Assembly: GCA_918797485.1 (NCBI GenBank)
Contig: CAKKNE010000002.1
Span: 3,100,001-3,164,000, forward strand
Length of the DNA stretch: 64,000 nucleotides
Direction of reading: 5' to 3'
Origin: Pelagomonas calceolata
Lineage: Eukaryota
Shown here: in pieces, positions 42,501 to 54,000 of the stretch
How the letters are laid out: each line of letters starts with the position of its first letter
How positions within the stretch are numbered: position 1 is the first letter of the stretch
Program-made: the position numbers and the translations under genes
The notes under the pieces: generated by a model
Database searches by the model: none
What the model was told of the DNA's origin: nothing
The model's input: the letters and a program-made list of their open reading frames with translations, nothing else

Positions 42501-45500
42501 GCGTGGAGTACGCCTGGGATCTCACGACGACGGAGGGCGCGGCGACGGGGCTCGCGTCGGCGTCGCGGAGCCCGAAGAAGTTCAGCCTCGACCCGTACGC
42601 GCTAACCGTGGGAAACTACACCCTGGCGGTGACGGCGACCGACGCCGGCGACGCCGGATCAAAAGCAACCGCGACGGCGTCCACGTCCATTATTGTGGAG
42701 GCCGGCCCCCTCGTGGCCGAGGTCGTCGGCGGCGAGGCGCAGGTCGCCGTCGCGGGCGACACGGTGCGCCTCGACGCGTCGCCGAGCTACGACACGGACG
42801 TGGAGGGGGTTACGGGCGCCGCGGCGGGCCTCGAATTCTCGTGGAGCTTCAACAAAACTGTGTTAGCGGGCGAGGTCGTCGACCTCGCGCTGGTCGGCGA
42901 CGCCGGCTGTGTCAATGAAGAGGGCTGCGAGCTCGTCGTGACGCTGACGGTCACGAAGGACCGCCGCGCGGCGACGGCGGCGGTCGTCCTCGAGCTCCTC
43001 GTGCCGGAGGAGGTCGTGGTCCTGCCCAGGGTCGACGTCGACGCGTCGGCGCACGCGTCGCGCCGCGTCTCGGCCCAGGGCACGGTCAAGCTCCTCGGGA
43101 CGGTGTCGTCCGACGGCGGCGACGGGGCGCTGGCGTCGACCTGGGTCGTCGACGGCGCGCTGGTCGTGTCGGAGGGCTGCGACGACCTGGCTTGCTGGGC
43201 GAACACGGGCGTCGAGGAGGGCGGCGGCGGCGAGTACCGGCACGACCTGGTCGTGGCCCCGGGCGCCCTCGTGGGCGGCGCGACCTACGGCTTCCGGCTC
43301 CTGGCGGCCTTCGCGGGCGCGGACGTCTCGGTCTACGCCGGCGTGACGTTAACAGCGGTGACGCCGCCCGCCGCGGGCCAGTGCGCCGTCGCGCCGCAGG
43401 ACCCCGGCGTGTCGACCTACGTCGCGCTGTCCACCAAATTCGTCGTGTCGACGGCGTCGTGGGTCGCCGCCGCCGAGGACTACCCCCTGGAGTACTCGTT
43501 CCAGGCGACGGCAGGCGGCGTCACGACGACGCTCGCCGTCTTCGGCGACAAGACGACGGTCGCGGACGTCTACCTGTCCGCCGGCGACGTCCAAGTTGTC
43601 GCGATGGCGCGGGACGCGCTGGGGGGCGTGGGCGAGGCGAGCGCGCCCGACATTGTGGAAGTCGCGGAGACGGCGCTCGAGGGCGAGGCTCTGGAGGAGA
43701 AGACCGAGGAGCTGTTGGACGAGGCCTTCGCGCTGGATCGGACGGAGCAGGTGCTCCAGGTCGCCGTGGCCGTCAGCGAGGCGGACGTCGAGACGACGGC
43801 GGCGACGACGGAGATTCTGGTCGACGCCGTTGCGGCCGTCGTCGAGACGCTGGATGCGGACGAGTCGTCGGTCGAGGCCGCGGCCGTCGCCGCCGAGGTC
43901 ACGTCCTCGACGCACCTGACGGCCGCGGCGGCGAACACGTCCCTGAATTCGGTGGGGCAGCTCGCAGCTCTCTCCACCGAAGTGGGCATCACGGGCGTCG
44001 CCGCGGACGGATTGGTGGGGACGCTGTCAAACGTGTTAAGTGTGGAAAACCTCCCGCCGAACGCGACGGCGGCGCTCGGCGAGAGCATCGACGCCATCGG
44101 CGCGGCGTTGGTGTACGACGCGGTGCCGGGGGAGAAGTGGCGCGGCGTCGAGAAGGAGCACGTGGCGCTCGGCGCGCAGTCCGTCAAGGCGAACGCGACG
44201 AACGCGAGTCTGGCGGCGCCGGGCACGAACTCGAGCGTGGCGCTCCAATCAACTAGGAATATCGAGGTCGTCGTGGCGGAGCTCGCGCGCGACCCGCTGG
44301 GCGGCGACTTCGAGGCGACGTCTCGCGTCGTTCGGTTTGGCGCCTTCGCTAATATAGACGGCGAGCGGCGGCGGCTGTCGAGCGGACCAGTCTTCACGGC
44401 TTCTATCGTTGTGGACGCGGGCAACTCCTCTGAGGTCGCACGCGCGTTCGACGAGGGCCAGGTCCTTCACACAAATTTGACGTGCCCGTGCCACTTCGTG
44501 GGTCTCATAAATGCGACGTGCCCCGACGGGAGGAACGTGAGTTTGAGTTGCGACGGGCGGCCGCAGACCGTGGCCGCGGCCTGCGAGGCGGGCACGACGC
44601 AGTGTACCACATCCGAGAATGGTCGATGGGTCTACGACGCCAGTTGTAAGGCGACGCAGTTCGAGAAGCGTACTCTATGTGTATGCGAAGCGTCACCGGA
44701 CGACCCGAAGTACTACTCGACGGCGACGGCCGCGCGCACGCTGATCAGCGTGTACAGCGCCCATTTGACGGACCCGCCCGACTTCCGGAAGGCGAAGTGG
44801 GTGCTTACAACATTGATGGTGCTCTTCGGCTGCTGCGTCCTGATGACGTGTTACGGGCGGCGCCTCGACGCGCGGGACCGGCGCGAACACGAGTTCTCGC
44901 GGAGCCTGGATTCATTGTTTGACGGCCTGGACTCGAGGCTGGGCGGCAAGGGCGTCGGGCGCTTCGACGACCTCGCGCGGCCCTGGAAGAGCCGCGCCGC
45001 GACGGGTTTACGGGTCCAGCACCCCTTCGTCAACTACTACTGTATTTACTCAAAGACGATCCCGCGGGGCTGGCGCGCGTGGGTTTGTGGGTTTGAAGTC
45101 TTGGCGTTCTTATTTGTATTAGCCGTCCAGACGAACCTCGAGTACCCGGAGAGCGCCAAGGATGCGTGTGGCGCGCGCGACATAGAAGACGACTGTCTCC
45201 AACTGAAAAACGTCTTCCGGTTCCGCGTCACGGCCAACCTCAACCGGGGTTTAGAATTCGCTCCAAAGAACATGTGCGCCTGGGACCAGTGCTCCCAGAG
45301 CTGTTTTGCCGTGGAGCCGGGCGACGGCGCGACGTTCGACCCGTCTCATTTGTTACTTATACTGGCCGTCTTCTGGTGCACGATCCCGTTCATCCGCATC
45401 TGTCTGGTGCTCTTCGAGAAATATTTAGTGGCGCCCGTGCCCTACGCCCTGCAATGCTGTCGGAGCGGGACGCGGTCGGCGCGCTGGACGACGTGCATGA

Positions 45501-48188
45501 GTCCCGAAGGCGGACCGGCGCAGCCGGACGCCGAGAAGGGTCTCGCCGTTGATGATGACGACTTCTTGACAGCTTTAGATGACGTCGACGCCGAGTGGGA
45601 CAACGACGAGGACGACGAGTGGGGTAATGATGATGACGACGTGGCGACGCTCATGAATGTGGTGACGAAGGCGGATATAGAAGTGGCGCGGGCGCCGATA
45701 TTGAGACGGTCCCTGTCTCAACACGATAGGGATGTGTTGCGGGAGGAGCAGCGGACGTGGGCCGAGGGCGTCGCGCGTGATTTGAGGCAAGCGAACCTCG
45801 GCGTGATATCACCCGAAGACCTAGCTAAAATCTCGGTGCCGGCGGGCATGAAGGCCGTGCTGAAGAGCGACGTGCTGGCTGCCTTATCCTTCGGCACGGA
45901 CGAGATCGATCGGGCTACGGCGAAAATCCTGGGCGAGCCCGTCGCCGACGCGGTCGTCATGAGGGCGGCGGAGCTCGCCGCGCGCGCGCGCGAAGCTAAA
46001 CAACTGGACGTCAAGGGCGCCAGTGATGCCGCTACGGTATTGCAGTCGCTCTCTCGCGGCTTACTGCGCGACTGGCAGTACACCCCCACAAGAAAAGTCT
46101 TCGTCCAACGCGTCGAGGCGCGCGTCGCCAAACATTTATCAAGAGCAAGAGTGTGGAACGAGAAGCTCCAGTGCGGCCCCCGCCGGAAGACGGCGCGCTT
46201 CGACGCCATGGTGCGGCGCGAGCATCTGAGGCGGACGCGGTTCCACGTCGCCGCCGAGGCCTCGAAGCGCATGAACGAGAAGTTGGAAGCCCCCTTGCGG
46301 CCTCCTAGAGTCTGGCAGTACCTCGGCGCGTGGCTCTTTGTGCTGGGTACCCACGCCTTCTTCGCCTACTACCTCATTACGACGGGCGCGCAGTTCGGCC
46401 TCCAGAAGTCAAAAGTGTGGCTCATCGAGAGCTTTTTCGCGACGGTGACCATGTTCCTGATCGTGAAGCCGCTGTTCGTGGTCTTCTACTATTTGATGGT
46501 GCCGTCGCTCCTCGAGGAGAACATCGCCGAGGCCGCCGAGGCGCGGAAGAGGGGTAGGAGGGCAAGAGCGTTACCCTTCGCGACGGAGCTGCCCACCGGT
46601 GCCACGTATTATGTCTTGAAACGCCGTCCCGAACTCGCCGAAACGCCGGCCGGGAAGATCGTGGCCTCGGAGCAGGAGGCGTCGCAGGGCCCGCACGACG
46701 CCGAGGCCTTCGTGCGCTCTCTCGGAGAGGCTGCACCCGGGCGCCTCACGTCGATTGCTGTGTGGAAATCAACCAGTGCGTCGGGTGCACCCGATAATTC
46801 TTCACTAAGTCATTTCTCGGCGATGACGCTGCCGTGCTGGCTCCGTCGAGCGGTGAGGAACCGGCATCGTCACGCCATCGAGCACGTGTCGCGTCGATGG
46901 CGGTGAGGTCGACGCGGCGATTCAGGACGAACGCGCCGTAAAATTTTGATTTCCACACAGGTCGATTTTAGGCCACGCCCTCGTTTGCCTCGTGGGTACG
47001 TTCCTCCTCTTACACGAGGAGGTCCAGGAGACGATGCTCGAAGAGTTAGTTGCGGCCTTACCCGTCTTCGCGAGTGGCGTGCTGGGCCTCATCCCGACGT
47101 CGCTCATGGAGCGCGACGATGGGGTGGGCGAGATGATGTCGTTAATTGTAGTCGCGATCTGGGTTTTGATCGCCTACGGCCTATTCCTATTAATGCGGAA
47201 TATATACCACGTCTTCCTGGAGGCCGTGGACCCGGAGCAGAAGGCCCACGCGAGTTTGAGGAGGCGTGGGCCCAAGATCCTCGCCCGACTAAAAAGGGCG
47301 GCCTCGAGCTTCCGGCGCCCGAAGTCGCCGCAGGAACCGGACCTCGCCGCTACTGCCGAGGCGGCTAGGAACCAGCTCGCGCTCGTTCCGGTCAAGGCAC
47401 CCCCCGTCAGCGTCGACCGGCCGCTTGTTGAGCTTTCACCGGAGGGAGTTGCCGCGTGGCTGTTCCTGCAAGAGCTGCCCGGAGATCCCGCGGACGTGGA
47501 CGCGCTAGGCGAACGCGTGCGCGAGCGAGGCATTCCCGGTGCTGAGTTTGCGCGATTGGACGCGGATGAACTGAAGATCATGGGCGTCACGACGCTCGGT
47601 TTGCGCAAGGCGATCCTGCGGCGCACCCGTGAGGACGCTGCCGCCCAGCGCGCCGCTGCGCAAGCGCTCGTGCGCGTGGGTGCTTCAAGAGGAGCTGCCG
47701 TGACCTCGGAGAGCTCTGCCTCCAGGGCCGCAAGCACCGAGCCTGGACGGCAGCTCGTCACGCGCGACGCCCTCGCCCCGCGCACTGAGGAGGCGGAAGT
47801 CGATGCCTACGCCGAAGCCGTCAAGAAACGCAGGGCCGCTCTGCGGGCGATCTTCGACCGCGTCGACTACAACCACGACGGGCAAGTGTCTCGAATCGAG
47901 GCCATCAAGGCGCTGCGGAAGGACGACGAGTTCGCGCGGATGCTCGGCTTTGCGCACCATACGCGCGTCCGCCAGGAGGACGGCACGCGCGACAAGTTGA
48001 TGCTCGCCTTCGGCGCGCTCGACGAGAACGAGGACAAGATGCTGTCGTTCGAGGAGTTCCGGCACGCGTCCCTGGTCGCGTTGAGCTCGGTGATGCCGTC
48101 GCCTCCATCTGAGTCGGGCATGGCGCTTGGGGTGCCTCCGACCCCGCCGGTGCAGATGGGCTCGGGGGACGTGAATGCAAAATTGTAA
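36557..48188 (+). CDS. Giant cell-surface polycystin-1/REJ-like receptor with DUF285 (BspA-like) repeats; exons 36557-46749 and 46961-48188 (~3806 aa)
   Basis: Signal peptide; Cys-rich, LamG-like, C-type-lectin-like and PAN-like modules; five FNEDISAWDTSGVT/FNQPLSGW repeat blocks; REJ motif PPAAGQCAVAP..ALSTKF..W...DYPLEYSF; GPS-like C..W...C..CVC; PKD1-like TM segments; SAM; two EF-hands (DYNHDGQVSRIE, DENEDKMLSFEE). Confidence 0.8.
38420..41600 (+). repeat. Tandem DUF285-like coding repeat modules (5 blocks)
   Basis: Near-identical CCTTCAACGAGGACATCAGCGC(G/A)TGGGATACCTC at ~38616, 39207, 39687 and 40557; repeated AACCAGGACCTCGGCTGGTGCGT. Confidence 0.85.
46750..46960 (+). mobile_element. 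Introner element IE-4 (longest copy, 211-nt intron)
   Basis: AC|GTCGATTG-CTGTGTGGAAATCAA...TTGATTTCCACACAG|GTCGATTT; perfect 15-bp TIRs, TSD 7/8; splicing joins ORF 36554 to ORF 46992 in frame. Confidence 0.92.
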
Positions 48189-48197
48189 CAAGTTAAC

Positions 48198-50645
48198 TTA
48201 ACAAATTGGGGGCAATAACTTTGGGGGACTAGAATGGCTTTCCCACGAGACCCTCGTGCCGTAGCTGGAACGCGAGAGTACGGAGCCCTCGTCGAAGCTA
48301 GAGCGCACGATGGCTCCTCGTGGGTCTCCCGGCCGCCACGGCGACGTGACCGACGACTCGTCGTCTCCCTTCTCGACCAGGACGATCGACAGCTCCTCCC
48401 GCTGCGGCTCCTCGTCGTAGAAGCCGAGGTCGAAGTCCACGCCGGCGGTGTCGTCCGCGCCGCCCGCCACGCCCTCCAAGCAACTGCGCCGGACGCCGTG
48501 GGCGACGAGCTCCTCGATCACGACCTCTGCGCGCCTTTTGGCCAGAGCCTCTGCCTGCGCCTGCTTCCGACTCGTGAGATCGCCACTCCTCCGCACGTAG
48601 ACGTTGACCGTCGCCCTCAGGGCCAGATTCCGGTGGGCGCACTCGGCGTCGGCCGCGCATAAAGCCGGCGCGACCTCGTCCCGCAGAATGGACTTGGCCT
48701 CGAGCTTGAGGTCAATGCCGTTCCGTACGAACTTGATGCGCGGCGCCCGGAACACATCGAGCAGTCTGGACGAAAACGACACTTCCGCCTCGACGCCGTG
48801 GCCCCGCTCGTCGCCAAAGTCATCAAGCCGGTCCTGGACGCAGTCGTCCAGCTCCTCCAGAAACGCGACGTCCGAGCGACAGCGCCTCACGTACTCGAGC
48901 CGTTTGCGCCGGAGCGCCTCCTGTAGCGATTCATTGTCCACAATTTCTTGAATGGCGGGTATCTCGATCAATTCCTCTTCCGACTCGGAAGACCACCCAT
49001 CTCCGAGCGGCGCCGGCTCCGGCGGCGGCACATCCTCAGAATAGGCCTTGACTTTGGCTTCGTTGGCGCGGGCTTGCATCGTCAGCGCGGCGAGGTCATC
49101 TCTCCTCCCATAGTCGAAGGCGAACTTATCTTTGTGCGCCCGTTCCAAGTCGTCTAATCTTTCTTGCGCTTCCGCGGCGTAGCGCGCAGCCAGACAAGCT
49201 TCGGCTTCCACGCATTCGAAGGACGCGAAGCCCACCAAACCTAATCTTTCACCCTCTGCGAGCGCAGCGCGGATCGAGCGAAGACAGCCCGTTTGCGACG
49301 CGCTCAGCAAACACGCCTTGGCGTTGTCGAGCTCAAAGGATTTCCTCCTCCGCTCGGCAAGCCACTCGCCCTGGCGGCCCGCGCGGCCCGACGCTTGTTG
49401 AGACATCGGTTCCACGGCTAGTGCCACCTTCCAGACCGCATTGGGCTTGAGCCGCGCCAATAGGATGCGGTGCGCCGCGTCCGAGATGCCGAGCTGTTTT
49501 CTGAATTCCGCGGCGAAGGTTTTTGCATCCTCCGGTTCGCCCGCGTCGCCCGCGAGGCACATCTCGAGGACGGTTTGGTACGTTGAATTGTTCTCGACGC
49601 TCGGGCGGCGCCGCTCCATAGGCTTGCGCGTCACTTGCTCGAGGTGGTCGGCCGGCTTCTCCTCTTTGGCCAGTAGCTGAGCGAGCAGATCGGGCTCCTC
49701 CTTCTCTACGGGCTTGGGCTTATCGGCTTGCGTCACCAAGCCTTGGGACGTGGTCGTCTGCAGCGCCTTCAGGAGGCGGGCCTTGAGTTCGCCCTTGAGG
49801 CCTTGAGTGGACAGGCCGCGCTGCTTCAGAGCCGCCTTCAATTTGGGCGCCGTCATTTTTTCGACTTGCGATGGAGTGACCGGGTCGATTTTACCTGGTG
49901 ATGAGGGCGGCGGCCGCGCCGGCACGTCGGGAGCGTCACCGCCGAGCTCGGCCGCCATTTTCTGGACCCAGTAGTCGCCTTGCGTCGTCTGGCCGACCGC
50001 GGCTTCATTATATGCGGCCGTGTTCCGCTCCGCCTTCGACACGTATCTTACTGTCATGCTCTGCGCGAGGTCCTCCTCGGCCTCGAGGTAGGTCCGCGGC
50101 ACGTACCCGGAGTTCTGGTCGCTGACGGCGAAGACCCAGCCCGGCGTCGTCGGGCGGCTCCGCTGCCCCTCCGACAAGGGGCCCAGCTCCTCCCGCAACA
50201 CCAAGACTTCTTGGTTGTCTTCCACATTTAGCTCCGCGGGCTCCACAGCTTCAAAGGCTCGCCGCGCTCGGGCCTTGCAGAGGATACTGCCGCGGGGCGG
50301 GTCGTCGGGCACCGCCTCGCGTCTCGACCAGTAATTCCGCTCCTTATCTTGCGTGCGCTTTCTTCGTCGCGGCGTCGCTTCCGGCGTGTGAGTCGTAGAA
50401 TCAAAAAAGCCACGCGGTGATGTCGCCGGCGTCACCTCGCCGATCGTCACCGTGCCATCGTCGGAGCAGGACTCGTACTCGCCGTAGGTGCTGTCGAGGT
50501 GACTTTGCTGCTGGAGTTCGTCGTACCAGGCGTTCGGCGACGTTGGTTCTTCCGGTTGGCGGACCTCTGGCGTCTTCGGCGGCGTGCGCGCCGGCTTGAA
50601 TTGCTCCCTGGCTGGCTTCTTCTTGGCGCTGCCGAACCAGCCCAT
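48198..50645 (-). CDS. Multidomain protein: N-myristoylation motif, SH3-like, SAP and OmpA-C-like domains
   Basis: MGWFGS; ARARRAFEAVEPAELNV...GWVF...SGYVPRTYLE (SH3); MTAPKLKAALKQRGLSTQGLKGELKARL (SAP); IKF...LAKRRAEVVIEELVAHGV..CLEGVAGG (OmpA-like). Confidence 0.7.
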   Translation of the reverse strand: MGWFGSAKKKPAREQFKPARTPPKTPEVRQPEEPTSPNAWYDELQQQSHLDSTYGEYESCSDDGTVTIGEVTPATSPRGFFDSTTHTPEATPRRRKRTQDKERNYWSRREAVPDDPPRGSILCKARARRAFEAVEPAELNVEDNQEVLVLREELGPLSEGQRSRPTTPGWVFAVSDQNSGYVPRTYLEAEEDLAQSMTVRYVSKAERNTAAYNEAAVGQTTQGDYWVQKMAAELGGDAPDVPARPPPSSPGKIDPVTPSQVEKMTAPKLKAALKQRGLSTQGLKGELKARLLKALQTTTSQGLVTQADKPKPVEKEEPDLLAQLLAKEEKPADHLEQVTRKPMERRRPSVENNSTYQTVLEMCLAGDAGEPEDAKTFAAEFRKQLGISDAAHRILLARLKPNAVWKVALAVEPMSQQASGRAGRQGEWLAERRRKSFELDNAKACLLSASQTGCLRSIRAALAEGERLGLVGFASFECVEAEACLAARYAAEAQERLDDLERAHKDKFAFDYGRRDDLAALTMQARANEAKVKAYSEDVPPPEPAPLGDGWSSESEEELIEIPAIQEIVDNESLQEALRRKRLEYVRRCRSDVAFLEELDDCVQDRLDDFGDERGHGVEAEVSFSSRLLDVFRAPRIKFVRNGIDLKLEAKSILRDEVAPALCAADAECAHRNLALRATVNVYVRRSGDLTSRKQAQAEALAKRRAEVVIEELVAHGVRRSCLEGVAGGADDTAGVDFDLGFYDEEPQREELSIVLVEKGDDESSVTSPWRPGDPRGAIVRSSFDEGSVLSRSSYGTRVSWESHSSPPKLLPPIC

Positions 50646-51030
50646 GGTCTGGCAGCCCTTTCAGGGTCTCACTACTCCCAGCGCTGCGCACGGTCGAGCG
50701 GTTCTCGACGAGCGCGACGCCCTCCTTCAACGTGCTCGCCGCGGGCAGCCCAGACGCCGGCAGTGATCTGTTTTGTGAGAGGCGCTGCCAAGATGGCGCT
50801 GGCCTTCGCGAGCTGCTGCCGTCGCCCGCACCGGTCGGCGCCCGATAACGAGATGTCGGAAGCGTGCCGGAGAGCATGCATTGTGTCTGACCCACTTCGT
50901 GCGGGTTCGCTTGCTGCCGGCTCACAAGCGGACGGCGTTGGCAGGGCAGCGCTGCCCCAACAAGTCAATCAAGGCCCACGATGGCACACACCACAACTTA
51001 GATCAAAGCCCACGCTCGCAGCGCACAAAT

Positions 51031-54000
51031 ATGGCCTCGGCCTTCGGGGCCAAGCCCCTCCCCAAGCGCCTCCAGACGGCCACCAGACACGACGAGTGGG
51101 ACGACGTCGAGGTGCCGGCCTTCGTGACGCCGTCCTTCTACAAGCCGCCCCCGCCCCCGCTACCGAAGGAGAAGCCCGCCAAGCCCTTGACGAAGAGTCA
51201 AAGGGCGATGGCGAAGGCCCGAGCGGCGAACATGGGAGTAGCCTACGGCAAGCCCCGGAAGAAGGTCAAGAAGGCGCCCGTCGTCGCCTCACCTCCGCGC
51301 ACCGTCAACACGCCAGTGAAGTCCGTGACGCTCGAGGCGTCGTCGCCGGCCAAGTCAGCGGTCTCGTTCAACAGCAGCGCGCTCAAGTCCCAGGCCGTGA
51401 CGCGCGGCACGCTACCGGTTTCCGTGCACGAGGACATTGTGTTCGGCTGTCCGGAAGAATTGAGGAAGGGTTATTACCTGAAGGAGGACGGCTGGTTTCC
51501 CCGCGGACTGCTGTATAGGGACTGGGCGCGGCTGACGCCGTTGGACGGCGGTAGCATCGACCTTTCAGATAGGTGCTTGAACGACGGCGATCTAGCTTTG
51601 TTTGGGCAGCTCCAGTTGACCGTAGATCAGCGGAGGAAGTCCTTATCGGATCGAAGCGGCGGCGGCTACGTGCAATCATTGTGCCTCAAGAAGAACACCA
51701 ATATATCCTATAAAGGCATCGAGGCCTGGCCCGCTTTTGAACAACTCACAGCACTGGACGTGTCGGACTGCCCCCTTTTTTGTGATCGCGCGTGCGAGCA
51801 TCTACGACGGCATACGAAGTCTCTGACCTCGTTGGATGTATCTGGCACACAAGTAGGCGATGACGGCGTCCATTCCGTGCTCGCTGGTTTAAAGTATCTC
51901 AAAAAGTTGTACTTGAGAAGGCTGAAACATCTCAAAGACGCGGGCATAACAAACATAGCCGAGGTATTAAAAAGAAAGAAAACATTACGAGTGCTCGATT
52001 TCCGGGAGACGCCGAACTTCCGGAATGACGCTCTCTTACAATTATTGGCTGATGGTGGCGGGCATTTATCAGAGCTCTACTTGGGTAAATGCAAACAAGT
52101 CGACGCGTTGGCTTTGTTAGGATTAAGGCGAGAAATGGGCTCGTTGAATCTGCGGAAGCTCGACATCTCGTACTTATCGAAGCTGAGAGGTGGCACTACG
52201 CTACTAGCTGGCTTCGCATCAAGCTGTGCTTACTTGGTCGAGTTACGGTTATCCCATTTACATGAGTGTGTGGACGACGACGCTTTATTGGGCTTCGTCG
52301 AGGCGTGTACGGGTACGATACCGCCTCTCGAAATCGTGGACCTCGCCGCGAACTACAATGTTAGCTCGCGAGGATTAGGACCGTTCCTCGACAAAGTGAA
52401 AGAAACGATTAAGGTCCTAGACGTATCTTTATGCAATAAACTAGACGACAAGTTCGGCGAGGCACTCGCAAACTGCCTGCAGCTCGACGAAGTGGTCATG
52501 GTCGACTCTCCCTTGCTAGGTGACCGAGGATTGACGAGTTGGGCTAAAGGCCCACCACCGAAGATAGACAAATATGGGAAGGTCATCCCCGTCCTGGAGC
52601 GGACCTGGCGGCCCGGCGAGCCCGAGCCCAAGCGCATTCGGCTGAAACTGAAAGCGTTGACCATGCAAGCCGCCTTCAGCGGTACGGTAGATGTATCAGC
52701 GCGGTGTCGCGTGCCGCGGTACGCGGAACCGGGCTTACGAAACCTCTTCCGGAAGTGCGGCAAATTCTTAGAAAGATTAGATCTAGATGGCGCGCCTCGC
52801 GTCAACGACGACTGCATCAAAACGATAGCCAAGCTCTGCCCTGCCTTGAAACAGCTCGGATTGGACGGCTGCACTGCTGTCACCGATGAAGGCATGGTCG
52901 AGATCGGGCGAGGCTGCCATAAGCTTGAGAGGTTGAGAGCTGCAGGGTGTGGTGGGGACTACACGGGACTATCAGACAAAACGGCCCAGGCGTTGGGCCT
53001 CGGCTGCCCCTGTCTGAAATTCTTGGACGTTTCAAGGTGTGCGTTTACAAGAGAAGGTCTACGAGCCTTAGCCGCCGGTTGTCGGAAGTTGGAAGTGCTA
53101 AAATTCTATGGCTGCTACGACGTCGAGGATGAGGGAATAGATGCGATTCTTACTTTCTGTACTTGTCTGAAGGTGTTGAATGTCGGATCGTGCGACTTGG
53201 TAAGTGACGCGTGTCTGGCGCACGTGCAGAACGCGCGGGAATTGCGAACTTTGGATGCAAGACGAGTCAACAAGGGCAAAGGTTTCCGGGCGAAATCTTT
53301 AAAAAGATGCGCCGTATTACTCCCATACGCTAAAACAACATCAGACGGGTTAGCACCTGTCGAGAAAGGGGTTGAGAGATTAGTACAATACCAAGAACGA
53401 GCTAGAATAGCGTACGACAAGTGTCGGAAAATACAAGCAAGAGTAAGGAGAAACATCGCCGTGGCCGCAGCTCTCAAAGCCAAGAAGCGGCGCGAGAAGG
53501 AGCGGCTCTTCATGGCGGCCTTGATGTGCATCCAGCGATGTATAAGGCAAAGAAGGGCCGAGCTTAACTATCGGGCGATGCTCAAGGAAAAGTATCGCAA
53601 GGAAGCTTGGGACGCCGCGGAAGCGGCGAAAGAATTCTTATTAGAGCTAGAGATCGCGCGCCAGCTCCTGGAGCGGCAGCGAGTAGCACACCTTGAGGAC
53701 CTGGTCATCAAGTTTAAGAAGCGTGGACGAGCTTTGGCGTTCGTGCGGTTCCATCATAATAGGGACGAGGCGCGGTGGTTGGAGGAGTGCTGGGTCATAC
53801 TCCAATCATGCATAAGATGCGCTCTGGGGAAGATGCTGTGGCGAAGGCAACGTCGAGCCGCTATTATCATAGAGTCTTGCTGTAGAATCCCTCTAGCTCG
53901 CATAAAGTTCGCCAAGCGCCACCGCGAGTACCGCCAAGAGCAAGTACGAAAGGCAGCTCAGGCAAAAATGGCGGAGATCAAAGCCGTGAATGCCATGCGC

